Assembly (NCBI GenBank): GCA_963833985.1
Contig: CAWIAD010000002.1
Location: forward strand, 2,144,001-2,208,000
Direction: 5' to 3'
Length of the DNA stretch: 64,000 bases
DNA from: an uncultured Planctomycetaceae bacterium
GTDB taxonomy: Bacteria; Planctomycetota; Planctomycetia; Isosphaerales; Isosphaeraceae
The position numbers were made by a program, and so were the translations under genes. The first letter of the stretch is position 1. Every line of letters begins with the position of its first letter. Of this stretch, positions 8,285 through 19,402 are shown piece by piece. The notes under the pieces are model-generated. The model searched no databases. It saw only the letters and a list, made by a program, of their open reading frames with translations, and had not been told where the DNA came from.

Positions 8285-10278
8285 GTGCGCCGTGGAAAGG
8301 TGTTGGTCTTCAGTGGGTGTAACTCCCACCCGGCAACTGGGTCGCTCCAGCCGGTAGCTATCGGAGCGGCGGTGGAGGAGACGAAACCGTCGGAGCCTTC
8401 GAGACAGATGTGTCGCTTGGCGATGCAGCGAACCGACAGGCCGTAACGCGAGTGAACGTTGAGCAGGCCTCGAAAAGTCCAATGTGGTCGCCGACCTTGC
8501 TGGAATATGGGGAAGGCCGCCGTCGCTGGGGATGAAAGGGAAACGGTTGGAATAGGCCGCCCCACGAGCGATCAGAACCCAGCGGGCCACCGGGGTATTG
8601 ACGACGGCATGTCGGCACACGGAGATCAACACAACACGGGAAACCCCAAGCGGTGAGGGCGCGTGACCCTCAACCGGACGCCCGCGAGGGACCGGCCGGG
8701 CTGCCTGGGGTGGCGGAGAGGCCCGTAGTACCGTCGACGCCGGGTAACTCCGGTCGAGGGAAGGGGCCTTGGTTCAAGGTCAACGCAACAAGCGGCAGAC
8801 AGCCGGGAGATTGGCGTGAGTCTATCACCTCCACTGAAGGTCGGGAAGTTGCAGACGGCGTTGCACACCAAAGCGAAGAACGCGCCCAACTATCGGTTCT
8901 ACGTCCTGTACGACAAGATTTATCGACGTGACGTTCTGGGATTCGCCTACGAACGCTGCCGTGCCAACGGCGGCGCGCCGGGGATCGACGGCCAGAGTTT
9001 CGCCGACATCGAGGCGTCCGGGAAGGAACGATGGCTGGACGAACTGGCGGAACAACTTCGTAAGGAGACGTATCAACCCCAGGCGGTGCGGCGCGTGTAC
9101 ATCCCCAAAGGGGACGGCAAGCAAAGGCCGCTGGGCATTCCTTGCATCAAGGATCGTGTGGTGCAGATGGCTGCGGTGCTGGTCTTGGAGCCGATCTTCG
9201 AGGCCGACCTGGAGCCGGAACAACACGCCTACCGCCCGGAGCGCAGCGCCCTGGACGCCGTCCGCGAAGTCGAACGGCTGCTCAAGACGGGGCACACCGA
9301 GGTGGTGGACGCGGACTTATCTGGATATTTCGATAGCATACCCCATTCCGAGTTAATGAAATCGGCGTCACGGCGCATCAGCGACGGTCGCGTCCTGCGG
9401 CTGATCAAGATGTGGCTGGAAACACCGGTGGAAGAAACCGACGGGAAGGGGCAGCGCCATCGAACGACCCGGAATAAAGACCAGGGGATGGGTACACCGC
9501 AAGGTGCACCGATCTCACCATTGTTGTCAAGCATCTACATGCGACGATTTGTGAAGGGATGGAAGACTGGTGGACACGAGCGGCGTCTGGTCGCGCGAAT
9601 CGTCAACTATGCGGACGACTTCGTCATCTGCTGTCGCGGCACGGCCGAAGAGGCCATGACGGTGATGCGGAAGATGATGTCCAGGCTGAAGTTAACGGTG
9701 AACGAGACCAAGACGCGGCTGTGCCACCTGCCTGAGGAGACGTTCGACTTTCTGGGTTATACCCACGGCCGGAACTACGACCGACGAACGGGCCGATCCT
9801 ACATAGGGTCACGCCCATCGCGGAAGAAGATCATTCGGCTGTGCAGCGAGATCAGTGCGATGACGACGCGCCAGACCACTGGACAGGACGTCGAGATGCA
9901 GATTGGTCGGATCAATCGCAAGTTACGCGGTTGGTCCAACTATTTTCGCATCGGAACGGTGAGCCCAGCCTATCGCCAAGTCAACCACCACGTCCGCTAC
10001 CGGGTACGTCAGTGGTTGTGTGCGAAGTTCAAGGTGCCGGGTCAGGGGCTCAGACGCTACCCTGACAGATACCTGCACCAGGAGTTGCATCTTTACCAGC
10101 TGCAACGAACCTAGCCGCGATGGTTTCGTGAGCGAACGTGTGAACTCAACCGATGAGACAAGCCTTGTCCGAAAGCTGGATGCGGGAAAACCGCCCGTCC
10201 AGTTTGATGAGCGGGGTGTGGAAACGAGGCCCAGCCGAGCCATCGACTCGAGCCCACCGCGCCACACCTCGACTCTAC
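8285..10278 (+). mobile_element. Group II intron copy 2, full length (1994 nt)
   Basis: 5' GTGCG at 8285; 34-nt domain V with AGC triad at 10172-10205; 3' ...ACTCTAC; RT ORF in the domain IV position. Confidence 0.95.
8816..10114 (+). CDS. ltrA: Group II intron reverse transcriptase/maturase without endonuclease domain
   Basis: RT0-7 motifs (GAPGIDG, RPLGIP, DADLSGYFD, PQG, YADD, FLG) and X domain; no HNH domain; GTG start. Confidence 0.96.
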   Translation: MSLSPPLKVGKLQTALHTKAKNAPNYRFYVLYDKIYRRDVLGFAYERCRANGGAPGIDGQSFADIEASGKERWLDELAEQLRKETYQPQAVRRVYIPKGDGKQRPLGIPCIKDRVVQMAAVLVLEPIFEADLEPEQHAYRPERSALDAVREVERLLKTGHTEVVDADLSGYFDSIPHSELMKSASRRISDGRVLRLIKMWLETPVEETDGKGQRHRTTRNKDQGMGTPQGAPISPLLSSIYMRRFVKGWKTGGHERRLVARIVNYADDFVICCRGTAEEAMTVMRKMMSRLKLTVNETKTRLCHLPEETFDFLGYTHGRNYDRRTGRSYIGSRPSRKKIIRLCSEISAMTTRQTTGQDVEMQIGRINRKLRGWSNYFRIGTVSPAYRQVNHHVRYRVRQWLCAKFKVPGQGLRRYPDRYLHQELHLYQLQRT

Positions 10279-10436
10279 ATCGTGTCACTTCTTCGAGCTT
10301 GTCGTGGGACACGACACCAATCGTGTCACTTCTTCGATCTGATGGACCAGGAATGGCACGATTGGAATCGTACCCCACGAGAATGGAATGGCACGATTGG
10401 AATCGTACCCCACGAGGAGAGCGGCCAGGCAGGGCT
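10279..10436. repeat. REP/REPIN-like cluster: split REP right half, second forward REP variant, two inverted 35-bp units
   Basis: ATCGTGTCACTTCTTCGA at 10279 and 10320; units at 10355 and 10390; tail GAGAGCGGCCAGGCAGGGCT shared with the 5296 region. Confidence 0.9.
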
Positions 10437-10513
10437 ATCAAGTGGGGCCCTCTCCGAGAGCTGGGCGGGCGAAACGACAATTCTCGTCATCACTGGATAT
10501 TGATAATAATCGA

Positions 10514-10768
10514 ATGACCATTCCCGAAACGGATTCGCGAGCCGACACAGGACACCTCGTGGATGAGCAGATTGCCGCCGAGCCGCCACTGGCCGCGCCC
10601 GGCTTGCCCGCCGATGCCCGGCCGCTGCCGATGGAAATTCATCTGGGCAGGCTTCGTCGGCCTCTGGCCGTAGCCGGCGTCGTAGAAAACGGAGTTGTCC
10701 GTCCTCTCGACCCCTCGGTCACGCTCCGGGAACATTCGCGAGTCATCATTATTGCCAGTGAGCCGTGA
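10514..10768 (+). CDS. Small DUF104/AF2212-like putative antitoxin
   Basis: Motif AGVVENGVVRPLDPSVTLREHSRV resembles the DUF104 consensus. Confidence 0.55.
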   Translation: MTIPETDSRADTGHLVDEQIAAEPPLAAPGLPADARPLPMEIHLGRLRRPLAVAGVVENGVVRPLDPSVTLREHSRVIIIASEP

Positions 10769-10798
10769 CGAGAAGTGAGATCGTTTTACCAACGCATC

Positions 10799-13700
10799 TC
10801 AATCCCAGGATCCTGGACGCCAGGACGCGCCGACGTTCTGGCGGAGGGATTCCTCTCGTCTCGAAGGTGGCCTCAGCAGTGCGTCGATCATCCGCAAGAA
10901 GCCGATGTGCACCGTCCTGGCCTCCGGCCGCGTCTGGAGTGCGCTCAAGTCAGCTTCGACAAGTGCCTCGGCCTGCTTCAGGTCGACCAGTGCCCACGCT
11001 GCCAACCAGTTCTCGCCGGCGATCGAGGCCAGCTCGGCGGGGCTCAGTCCGCTGCGCACTTCGATCTGGCCCAGGATGATTTCGGCCGCGGCCGGATCAA
11101 GCAGGGCCACAAGGGGTGCGGCGATGGTGGCCGAGAGCGTCTGCATGGCCGGGTCGCTGAAACCAGTCTGGCCGTCGGGCCGGGCCGCCATGACTTGCAT
11201 CAGAACCGCATTCATGTCCGGGTAACCGATGCGCCGGGCATTCAGCGCGATCCCGGCCGAGGAGGCCAGAGCGCCGCCGAAATAGACGTAACTGCCGAAT
11301 TCCTGCGGCCTGTCAATCGGCAGTGCCAGGGCGCGGTCGATCAGCTTGCAGGCTCGGCTCCTGTCCCTGGGCGCGATCGCCACCGCGAGCCAGCCCAGAG
11401 CCTCGGCCTGATGTTTGAGGGAACCCTGTCCCTCGGTCATCCCATCGACGATCGTGACTGCCTTGTCGGGCTGCGTGGGTGCAATCGCGTAGGCGACCTC
11501 GGTCTTCAAGGTCTGCGGCAAGCTGGTGCTGGAATCCAGCGAAGCAACGAGCGCCAGGGCGCGGTCGGGAAGAGCGGCAGCGATGCCCTCGACGATGAAC
11601 CCGGTGTAGCGATCCTTGTCGCGACGCTCCTTGATCGGCTCGATCAGCGCGAGGGCTCGCTCCAGGTCGATCGGTGCCAGCGCCCTCGCCACGATGCCTC
11701 GTGCGTAGCCGTCCTGCCCCACAGTGCCCAGCGTGGAGGCGGTCTTCGCTGCATCTTCGATGAGTTTGCGGCCAGCCTCAGGTTTGCCGACCTGAACGAG
11801 CACCGCGCCCGCCCGGGCCTGCTGGTCGCACGACCGGGCACGCAGCGCGGCCTCCTGGGCAAAAAGCCACGCCTTGTCATGGTCGATCGGCAGGAACTCC
11901 CCGGCAAGCTGCTGGAGGTGAAAGCCGGCGTTGTTTCCATCGTCCTGGGCGAGCAGTTTGACGGCCGCGGGAGCGTCGGTCTCAGCCAGGCCCCGCGCTT
12001 TGCCCGTGACGACTGAATCATCGAACCGGTTTCCAAGCTCGGTCGACCACCTCAGGGCGAGCTCCGGATCGATGCTGGCCATGGGCTCGACCAGGGCCCA
12101 AGCCCCGTTCTTTGCGGCGTTCTGGCCGTATTTGTCCCAGAGACGGATCATGATTTGCTTCGCGAACGCTCTCTGCTCCTCGTACGAAACAGCCTCCCTC
12201 GGTTTCCAGCCGTCCGGCGGCTCGTCCTGCTTGAGCAGCTTCACGGTGAGGTCGTCGGCGTCGCCGACCACGGCCATGCCCGTGAAGCGATAACCGTCCT
12301 TGCGGACGAACAGGAACCTCGTCTGGGCGGTCTTGAGCGCGTCGGCGAGGCGGCCGAAGCGATAGCCATCGCGCCGGGCGAAGGCATACCGGGAGCCCGA
12401 GTAAAGCCCGTCCAGCAGGAAGCGGCCGTCGGGACCGGTCTGCGTGCTCACCGGCCTGGGACTGTCACCTCGGTTGAAAACCTGGGCACCGGCGATCGGC
12501 TTGCCATCCGATCCGACCACGCGGCCGGCAACGTGCGCCGAGGTCTCGACGAGCGAGATGGTGCCGAAATCATGGGTCTCCCCTGCTGTTCCCTTGATGT
12601 CGGGTGTCTCGGCCTTCGCGAAGATCCTGGACTCGACCGAGACCTTGTAGCTGTCGCCCGGCCACAGCGCCTGCGAGACGAAACGGCCGTCCGGGTCGGT
12701 CTTGACCATGTCCAGCGCGCTGCCGATGCCCGTCCCTTTCATCGACTTTTCGCTCACGAGCAGCCGCGTCCACCAGATGGTGACCGGCACGTTTGAGACC
12801 GGCTTGCCGCGCTGGTCCACGATACGGCCTTTGACCCGGAATGCGAACTTCGGGTCGATGGTCACGGTGAGCTTGCCCTTGTCTTTCTGCTCGTTCGTCC
12901 GGATCACGATTGCTCCGTCGGTCGCGGCACCGCGCGTGCGCGCCGCACCGGGACGCGATCGTCGGGCTCGAGGTGCTCGAGTCGAAACGAGCCGTCGGGC
13001 TGGGTGATCGCCGGAGACGTGTTGCCCATGAGCCCGTTCGACTCGGGAACGACGATGTGAACCTCGGAGCCGGGAACAGGCTTGCCGGAAGAATCGACAA
13101 CTTCTCCATCCACGGCCACGGCCCGTGCCAGCTTCAGGTCCGGCCATGTCCGATCGTCCTTGACCTCGAAGCGCGGGCACGATTCGGTGGCCATGCCCAT
13201 ATGGCTCCGGGGAGGACTTTCCGGCTGGATGATCACCATGCCGGGCTCGACCGCGACCCTGTAGTGGCCGGAACCGTCGGTCATTGCCTGATTGCCGGAC
13301 ATCAGACTGTTACGCTGGAGCCTGAAAGTGCGCAGGCGGACCGCGACAATTCCCTGCCCGGTCGTCTCGTCGAGGACTCGGCCGGCGACGATCGGCAGCC
13401 GCCGGAGCGGAATCTCCAGCCCTGCCATCGTGGCGCCAGGCGCGATCTCAACGTCCTTGACGGGGTTTACCGAGTAGGGCGTTTCGGGGCTGAACTCCGG
13501 GTAAAGCCTGTATCGGCCGGGAGGCAGCCCGTCCATCCGGAACGTGCCGTCCCGATTCACGGCGATGGTCCTGGAGAGATGAACCTGCTGTGCGGCCGGC
13601 GCGCCGACCTGCCGGGACGGCTCGCGAAGAATGTTGAGCTTGATCATGCCCGTCAGAGGTTGCTTGCCTGGCGGCATGAACCGCCCCTCGATGGACCCCA

Positions 13701-14358
13701 GCCGCCGATCAAGGATCAGCGTCGCCGGCCTGGCCGCAATCCATGAGACGATCGGCGAGCCGAACTCAGGATTGGCGGCACGCACGCTGGCCCGCGCCCC
13801 CCTGGGCATCGCGCGCAGCACGAACCGGCCATCAGGACCAGACCGGGTCGTGTAGAGTTTCGCCGTCTCCGACGGGAGCTGAATCGCGTCGTGCTCCCCG
13901 GGCTTGCCTGGGAACCGATCAAGGGCCACGATCGTGATCTCGATGCCGGCGATTGGCTTGCCCGCCTGGTCGGCGAACTGACCCGCCGCGTCGCCTGTCT
14001 CACCGAGTGTGATGGTCAGGTCCTCGGAGCCGGGTTGATTGCGCCAGACCGTGGATTTCCAGCCGCAACGGCCGTCCTCAGCCCGGGCGAAGACGGCCAG
14101 ATAAGCCAGTTGGTCGTCTCCCATCTGCCATGCCCCAGGAAGGGAGAAGCGACCCTCCCGGTCGGTTCTCGCCTCTGCCAGAACGACGGGTTCCGCCTCG
14201 TTTCGGCCGATCGCGCAGACCTGGACGCCGGGAACGCCCTTGCCCTCCTGGTCAACCACCTGCCCGGCCGGATCACCTGCGCCCAGGCCGAGCATGGTCA
14301 GGGTCAGCAGCAGCACGACGGGGCACCGATCGGCGAAGGCGTCTCTTCCTGGCGGCAT
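10799..14358 (-). CDS. Large secreted protein with carboxypeptidase-regulatory-like repeats and a helical C-terminus; frameshift near 12940
   Basis: Repeated GxVVDxxGKPVxG...TDxxGRF motifs across ORFs 12904-14358 and 10799-13180; N-terminal hydrophobic signal. Confidence 0.75.
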
Positions 14359-14394
14359 GACCTGGCTCCTGGACTGGATGGCACGATGGGTTTC

Positions 14395-15414
14395 TCAATG
14401 ATTCCGAGAAAACCATCGGCTTGCAAGCCGGGGCAGGCAGGCCAGAACCGCCATCTGACCGAAGAGTCGGGGATCGGAGCCAAGCGACCTGAAGAGCGCG
14501 AGCGAGGAAAGACTCCCGGCGCGGGCCAGGCAGTTTCGGGCCAGCTCGACGTGGTTGTTGTGAAGGGCGTCCAGCGACCGGTTCAGGAACGCGCGGCTGA
14601 GCCGGCGGCGGGCCAGCCGGTGCTGCCGCGCGAATGCCGGCGACCCATGGTTCTGCGGCCGACGGATGAAGTCCAGGAGCCGGGCAGCCTCCTCTAGGTC
14701 GTCTGTCCCGGTCTTGAAGCGATGCGTCTCGCTGGCCGCATGCCAGCGCACAAGCACCGTGGGCTCCCGCAGCTTCCACGAGACGGCATGGCGGCAGGCC
14801 ACCCGGTACCAGAAGTCCCAGTCAACCACGTAGCGGTATGATGGATCGAACCCGCCAACGGACGCATGTGCGGCCCGGTTGGTGACCACCGCCGAGCAGC
14901 GCAGCGGGTTCTCGCTGATCAGAGATTCCGCGAAGTCGCCCGGGCCGAAGGCCACGTATTCGAGCGCCGGGGGGTGCGGTTCGCAGATCAGATGGCCGCC
15001 GGGGTCGATGACCGATGGCGGAACCGGCCGGGAGTCTTCATCGACGATCCGCACGGGGCCGGCAAGCAGGCCGAAGTCGATGCCATCGCGCCTCGTGAGC
15101 GCGAGCCCCCGCATGACCGACTCCAGATGCCCGGGGAGCATGACGTCGTCCTGATGGAAGATGCTCACCCAGGGAGTCTCGCTCATCGCCATGCAGCGGT
15201 TCCAGTTGCCCGCCAGGCCAAGCCGGCGCTCATTGACGACCAGACGCGCTCGCTCCCCGGCCAGCGCGCCCACCAGGCTCACGGTCTCGTCGTCGGAGCG
15301 ATCGTCGACGACCAGCAGCTCAAATGGCTGGCATTCCTGGCCGAGGATGCTCCGGAGGGTCTCGGCCAGGTGCCGCGCACCGTTGCAGGTGGGGATCGCG
15401 ACGGTCAGCGGCAT
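14395..15414 (-). CDS. Glycosyltransferase family 2
   Basis: VAIPTCNG, VVDDRSDD, GNWNRC, HQDD and VDWDFW motifs. Confidence 0.9.
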   Translation of the reverse strand: MPLTVAIPTCNGARHLAETLRSILGQECQPFELLVVDDRSDDETVSLVGALAGERARLVVNERRLGLAGNWNRCMAMSETPWVSIFHQDDVMLPGHLESVMRGLALTRRDGIDFGLLAGPVRIVDEDSRPVPPSVIDPGGHLICEPHPPALEYVAFGPGDFAESLISENPLRCSAVVTNRAAHASVGGFDPSYRYVVDWDFWYRVACRHAVSWKLREPTVLVRWHAASETHRFKTGTDDLEEAARLLDFIRRPQNHGSPAFARQHRLARRRLSRAFLNRSLDALHNNHVELARNCLARAGSLSSLALFRSLGSDPRLFGQMAVLACLPRLASRWFSRNH

Positions 15415-15432
15415 GAGATCGCGCGGCAAGGG

Positions 15433-15756
15433 TCAATCCGTCTCGGTTCCAGCGCGGAGGTGGTCGGCAAGCTGCTGGAGCGTTTCCCACGTGTACAGTC
15501 CGGAGGCGTGGCCATCGCTCCAGGCGGGCTGCACGGCATAGGTGCCAACCATCTCCATGCCCACCAGTTTCAGGTCGGTTGAAAGCGAGTCCACGCGCAG
15601 GATGCGTTCTCCGGTCCACTCGTCGCGGCAGCTTGCGCACGGGCACTCCGAGCGCAGGAACAGGTAAGGGAACCGGTCGATGCGGCCATCGGGCCAGGTG
15701 ATCTCCAGAACCTGTTCGCCTTGCAGGGCCCGGATGTTGCTGGGAGGATCAATCAT
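15433..15756 (-). CDS. DUF971 / gamma-butyrobetaine hydroxylase N-terminal-like protein
   Basis: LRSECPCASC, VGTYAV and WSDGHASGLYTW motifs. Confidence 0.88.
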   Translation of the reverse strand: MIDPPSNIRALQGEQVLEITWPDGRIDRFPYLFLRSECPCASCRDEWTGERILRVDSLSTDLKLVGMEMVGTYAVQPAWSDGHASGLYTWETLQQLADHLRAGTETD

Positions 15757-15998
15757 TCTCTGGTCCCGTCTCGGTCAGCGGGAACGTTTTTGACATAGGC
15801 CCTCATGGGATCTGAGACTAACAGAGAGCGGGACTCTCTTGAAAGGTCGTCCGGCGTGCAGGGATCGAGGACGCGACCGGGGCGTTCGCCCCTCACGCTG
15901 GCTTTCGTGCTGGCCCATGCCGTGTCCGGAAAGGACGGCCGGTGATAAACTGGATCGGAAGTCCTCGCTCGCGGCCAGGTCACTGGGGACGTGCTCCC

Positions 15999-16967
15999 AT
16001 GGCTCAGCTCACGCTCTTCGATTCCAACGATCAGCCTGCGCAGGCCAGCCGGCTTGCGGTGAAGCTCCGCGGCCTGGCGGAGCGGAATGCCTTCTTTGGC
16101 ACCTCCTCGTGGAAGTATGAGGGGTGGCTGGAGAACATCTATCGCAAGGATCGATACATCGAACGCGGGAAGTTCTCGCAGAAGAAGTTCGAGGCGGAGT
16201 GCCTGCGCGAGTACGCCGAGACCTTTCCCGTGGTCGGCGGCGATTTCAGCTTCTACCAGTTTCCCTCGCCGCCCTACTGGAAGCGGCTGTTCGAGGATTC
16301 TCCGGCCCGGCTCAGGTTCGGCCTCAAGGTGCCCGAGGAGATCACGGTCCCGCGCTGGCCGGGGCATGCCCGTTACGGTGCGCGTGCGGGTACGGCGAAC
16401 CAGGGGTTCCTCGACAACCAGTTGTTCCACGAGCAGTTCACCTGGCCGCTGGAAGCGTATCGCGACCGGGTTGCCGTGCTGATCTTCGAGTTCGGCACGT
16501 TCGCGCGGTCCACATTCGCCCGCCCCGCCGAGTTCCTGGCCAGGCTCGGTCCGTTCCTTGGCTCGGTCTCGCGTCATTTCCGGTACGCCGTGGAGATCCG
16601 CAATCCCGACTACCTGACTGAGGATTACTTTGCGACGCTCCACGCGCACAACACGGCGCACGTGTTCAACGCCTGGACACGCATGCCGGAGCTGCTGGAC
16701 CAGATCGCCCTGCCGGGTGCCTTCACCGCGGATTTCACCGTGGTCCGGGCGCTTCTGAAGAAGGGCCGGGCCTACGAGCAAGCGGTCAAGGCGTTCGAGC
16801 CATACACCCGCGTGCAGGAGCCGAATCCCGGCGCCCGTGAGGCGCTGCGGCAGGTTGCGGACCGCGCCTGGAAGACACGGCAGCCGGCTTACGTCTTCGT
16901 GAACAACCGCCTGGAAGGGAACGCGCCGGGGACCATCGAGGCCGTGGCCGATGCACTCGGCGAATGA
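15999..16967 (+). CDS. DUF72 (YecE-like) protein
   Basis: GTSSWKYEGW, SFYQFP, FGLKVP, AVEIRN and YVFVNN motifs. Confidence 0.88.
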   Translation: MAQLTLFDSNDQPAQASRLAVKLRGLAERNAFFGTSSWKYEGWLENIYRKDRYIERGKFSQKKFEAECLREYAETFPVVGGDFSFYQFPSPPYWKRLFEDSPARLRFGLKVPEEITVPRWPGHARYGARAGTANQGFLDNQLFHEQFTWPLEAYRDRVAVLIFEFGTFARSTFARPAEFLARLGPFLGSVSRHFRYAVEIRNPDYLTEDYFATLHAHNTAHVFNAWTRMPELLDQIALPGAFTADFTVVRALLKKGRAYEQAVKAFEPYTRVQEPNPGAREALRQVADRAWKTRQPAYVFVNNRLEGNAPGTIEAVADALGE

Positions 16968-17047
16968 ACCGCGCTCGGGCGGCGGCTTCCGCTCGGCGAG
17001 CGCGGTGCGGTGCTGTGGGAGCGTCACCTGTGAGCGGGGGGGCGGGG

Positions 17048-17807
17048 TTACCTGGGCCGGCCAGGAAAGAACACCTGGGCCCTGGTTCCGACACCGGGAG
17101 TGGAATCGAGCACGATCGATCCGCCCAGCCGCTCGATCAGCCCGCGGCAGATGGACAGCCCCAGGCCGTTCCCTTCGATGCGCGACTCCTCGTCGCGGCA
17201 AAGCCGGAAGAACGGCTCGAAGACGCGCTCGAGGGAATCGGCGGGTATTCCGGGTCCGTCGTCGATCACGGTCACGCACCAGCCGTCGGGGCGGGCTTCA
17301 CCCTCGACGCGAACGCTGCCGCCGGAGGGCGTGTACTTGATGGCGTTGGAGACGAGGTTGCCGAAAATCTGCTGGCAGAGCGAGGCATCGGTGACCACCT
17401 GGACTGACGGCTCGACGGCCACGGCTTCCCAGCTCAGTGACCTGGCCAGTGCCGCGGCACGGAACTGCCGGTCGATCTCGCGGATGATGGCCCCCAGGGA
17501 GAAGGAGCCAAGCGACGTCGACCGCGAGCCGCTCACGAGCCCGGCGTAATCAAGGTACCCGCGGGTGAGACGCAGCAGATCGTCGCAGAGTGAGACCATG
17601 GTCAACAAATGCCCGCGCTGTTCCAGGGTCACCAGGGCGGAGGCGTCGCCGAGCAGGAGGTCAAATCCCGCGCAGGGAGACCAGGGGACGGCATAGCTCG
17701 TGGCTCAGGCTCGTCAGGAGCGTCCGGAGCTCGGCTTGATCGATGGCGACGTGACGGCTGCCGGCGGAGGGCTGCTGCTCTTTCTTCGTGGGAGTCTGCA
17801 CGTCCAT
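17048..17807 (-). CDS. Cytoplasmic histidine kinase (HisKA plus HATPase); frameshift near 17670
   Basis: The ATG 17807 frame gives LSHELCRPL; the downstream frame has NLVSNAIKYT, DDGPGI and GNGLGL. Confidence 0.8.
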
Positions 17808-17924
17808 GGCAAGAATGTCGGCTCCGGGTCAGGGGCGGAATCAGGAGAAGCGCTCTTCCTTGGCCCGCAGCTCATTTTCCGGACCGTGCGGCCGGGCAGG
17901 TTGCGGGTTTCGCGGCACCAGCGG

Positions 17925-18170
17925 TCAGGCGACGACGATCTGGTTTGCCAGCAGGGGATGTCCATCGGTCAGGTCGAGCACGGCCTGATGGGCCAGCTGC
18001 TTCGCGTGGTAGGTGCGGGATCGGCCCTGGAGGACGATCCGGTCCTCGGAGCAGACGACATGAAGGTCACGAATCCGGCCGTTGGCGGCACGATTCACGT
18101 GGCCTTCAATGAACTGGGCGAGTTCCTGGGGATCCTTGGTGAGGGCAGCCCATGGAGGATCCGCGCTCAT
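17925..18170 (-). CDS. Small BON-domain-like protein
   Basis: IRDLHV...IVLQGRSRTYHAKQLA motif typical of planctomycete BON-like proteins. Confidence 0.65.
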   Translation of the reverse strand: MSADPPWAALTKDPQELAQFIEGHVNRAANGRIRDLHVVCSEDRIVLQGRSRTYHAKQLAHQAVLDLTDGHPLLANQIVVA

Positions 18171-18476
18171 GTGATGCGATGACATGCCAGGCTCCCACAT
18201 TTTGATCGGCTTGACTTGGGCACTGAAGCGACGGAGGACTGCAAGGCCGAACGAATGGCTTGGGAGAGGCCTCGAATGTCGAGAGCCGCAGAGGTTCGGG
18301 ACAGGGCCGAGTTCGTTACCTGAAGCAGGAAGAAGCCGCCCCAACCATCCTTGTTCCCAACCGGATACCGTTTTGTCTGGAGACGTAGGAAGGGCCGGCG
18401 TCGGTCCACCGACGACCGGACCTCCACGTTCGATTTCCTCCCTGAGACTAACCGGAGCGCCACGCGGCGTCAAATA

Positions 18477-19133
18477 CTATTCGGCGCCCGGGAGATCGCT
18501 CGGTGCGCGGCGGATCGGCCGCGGGGCGGCGTTGCCCGGGTGGTTCGGAGCTTCCAGCAGCTCGTCGGTCTGGATGATCGACTCGGCGAGCTTGGCCATC
18601 GGGATGCGTCTGTCCTGACTTTGCCTTTGCAGCAGCCGGAACGCCTCGTTCTCGCTGAGGTGGCGGCGGGACATGAGAATCCCCTTGGCGCGTTCGATCA
18701 GCTTGCGTTCGCGCAGGGTCATCTTGAGGTGATCGACATTTTCCTGAAGGACCTGGATCTCGCGTGCCCGCGCCACGGCCACCTCGATGGCCGCGTTCAA
18801 GGCCGGGTTGGTCATCGGCTTCAGCAGGTAGGAGACCACGCCGTCCTCGACAGCCTGGTCGATGAGGTTGGGATGCCCGTGGGCTGTGAGGATGATGACC
18901 GGAGTGCCGGGGTCCTCGGCAATCTGCCGCGCCGCGGCCAGCCCATCCATTCCTGGCATTTCAATATCCAGGAAGACGGCGTCGGGAAGTGCGCGCCGGC
19001 ACATCTCCACGGCCCGCTGCCCGTCGTTCACAACGGCCACGACGTCGTAGCCCAGCGATTCCAGCTGATCCTGCAAGCCAGACGCGACGGGTTTCTCGTC
19101 GTCCGCGATGACAAAACGATAAGGCCGAGGCAT
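18477..19133 (-). CDS. Response regulator with ANTAR RNA-binding domain
   Basis: Receiver motifs (IADDE, LDIEMPGMDG, YLLKP) plus ERKLIERAKGILM...EAFRLLQRQSQ; start may be further upstream. Confidence 0.9.
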   Translation of the reverse strand: MPRPYRFVIADDEKPVASGLQDQLESLGYDVVAVVNDGQRAVEMCRRALPDAVFLDIEMPGMDGLAAARQIAEDPGTPVIILTAHGHPNLIDQAVEDGVVSYLLKPMTNPALNAAIEVAVARAREIQVLQENVDHLKMTLRERKLIERAKGILMSRRHLSENEAFRLLQRQSQDRRIPMAKLAESIIQTDELLEAPNHPGNAAPRPIRRAPSDLPGAE

Positions 19134-19402
19134 CGCCGTCCCCCTCTCTCGTTGCGTCGAGTCCTGTTCCGCCATGTCACGATCCATGCTTGCCTCCCCA
19201 GTTGGCCTGTCGGAGCCTGGGCTGCGGTCAATCACCGGAGCCTTAGCAGTCCGAGATCTGGTCCATTCGGAAGTCATTTCACAGCCTTGACGGTCGGGCT
19301 GCAACTCATCAGAATTCGGGCCTCCCTGGCCCTGTGGATGCATCTGAGAAACACGCTCTTCCTGTTGATCGCGTTATCACGCCAAAGAAGGACAACTCGA
19401 AC

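Noticed and set aside
1..10278. Diversity-generating retroelement or retron
   Set aside because: The duplicated region is a whole group II intron with GTGCG start and domains V-VI. There is no template/variable repeat pair with adenine-specific differences and no msr-msd.
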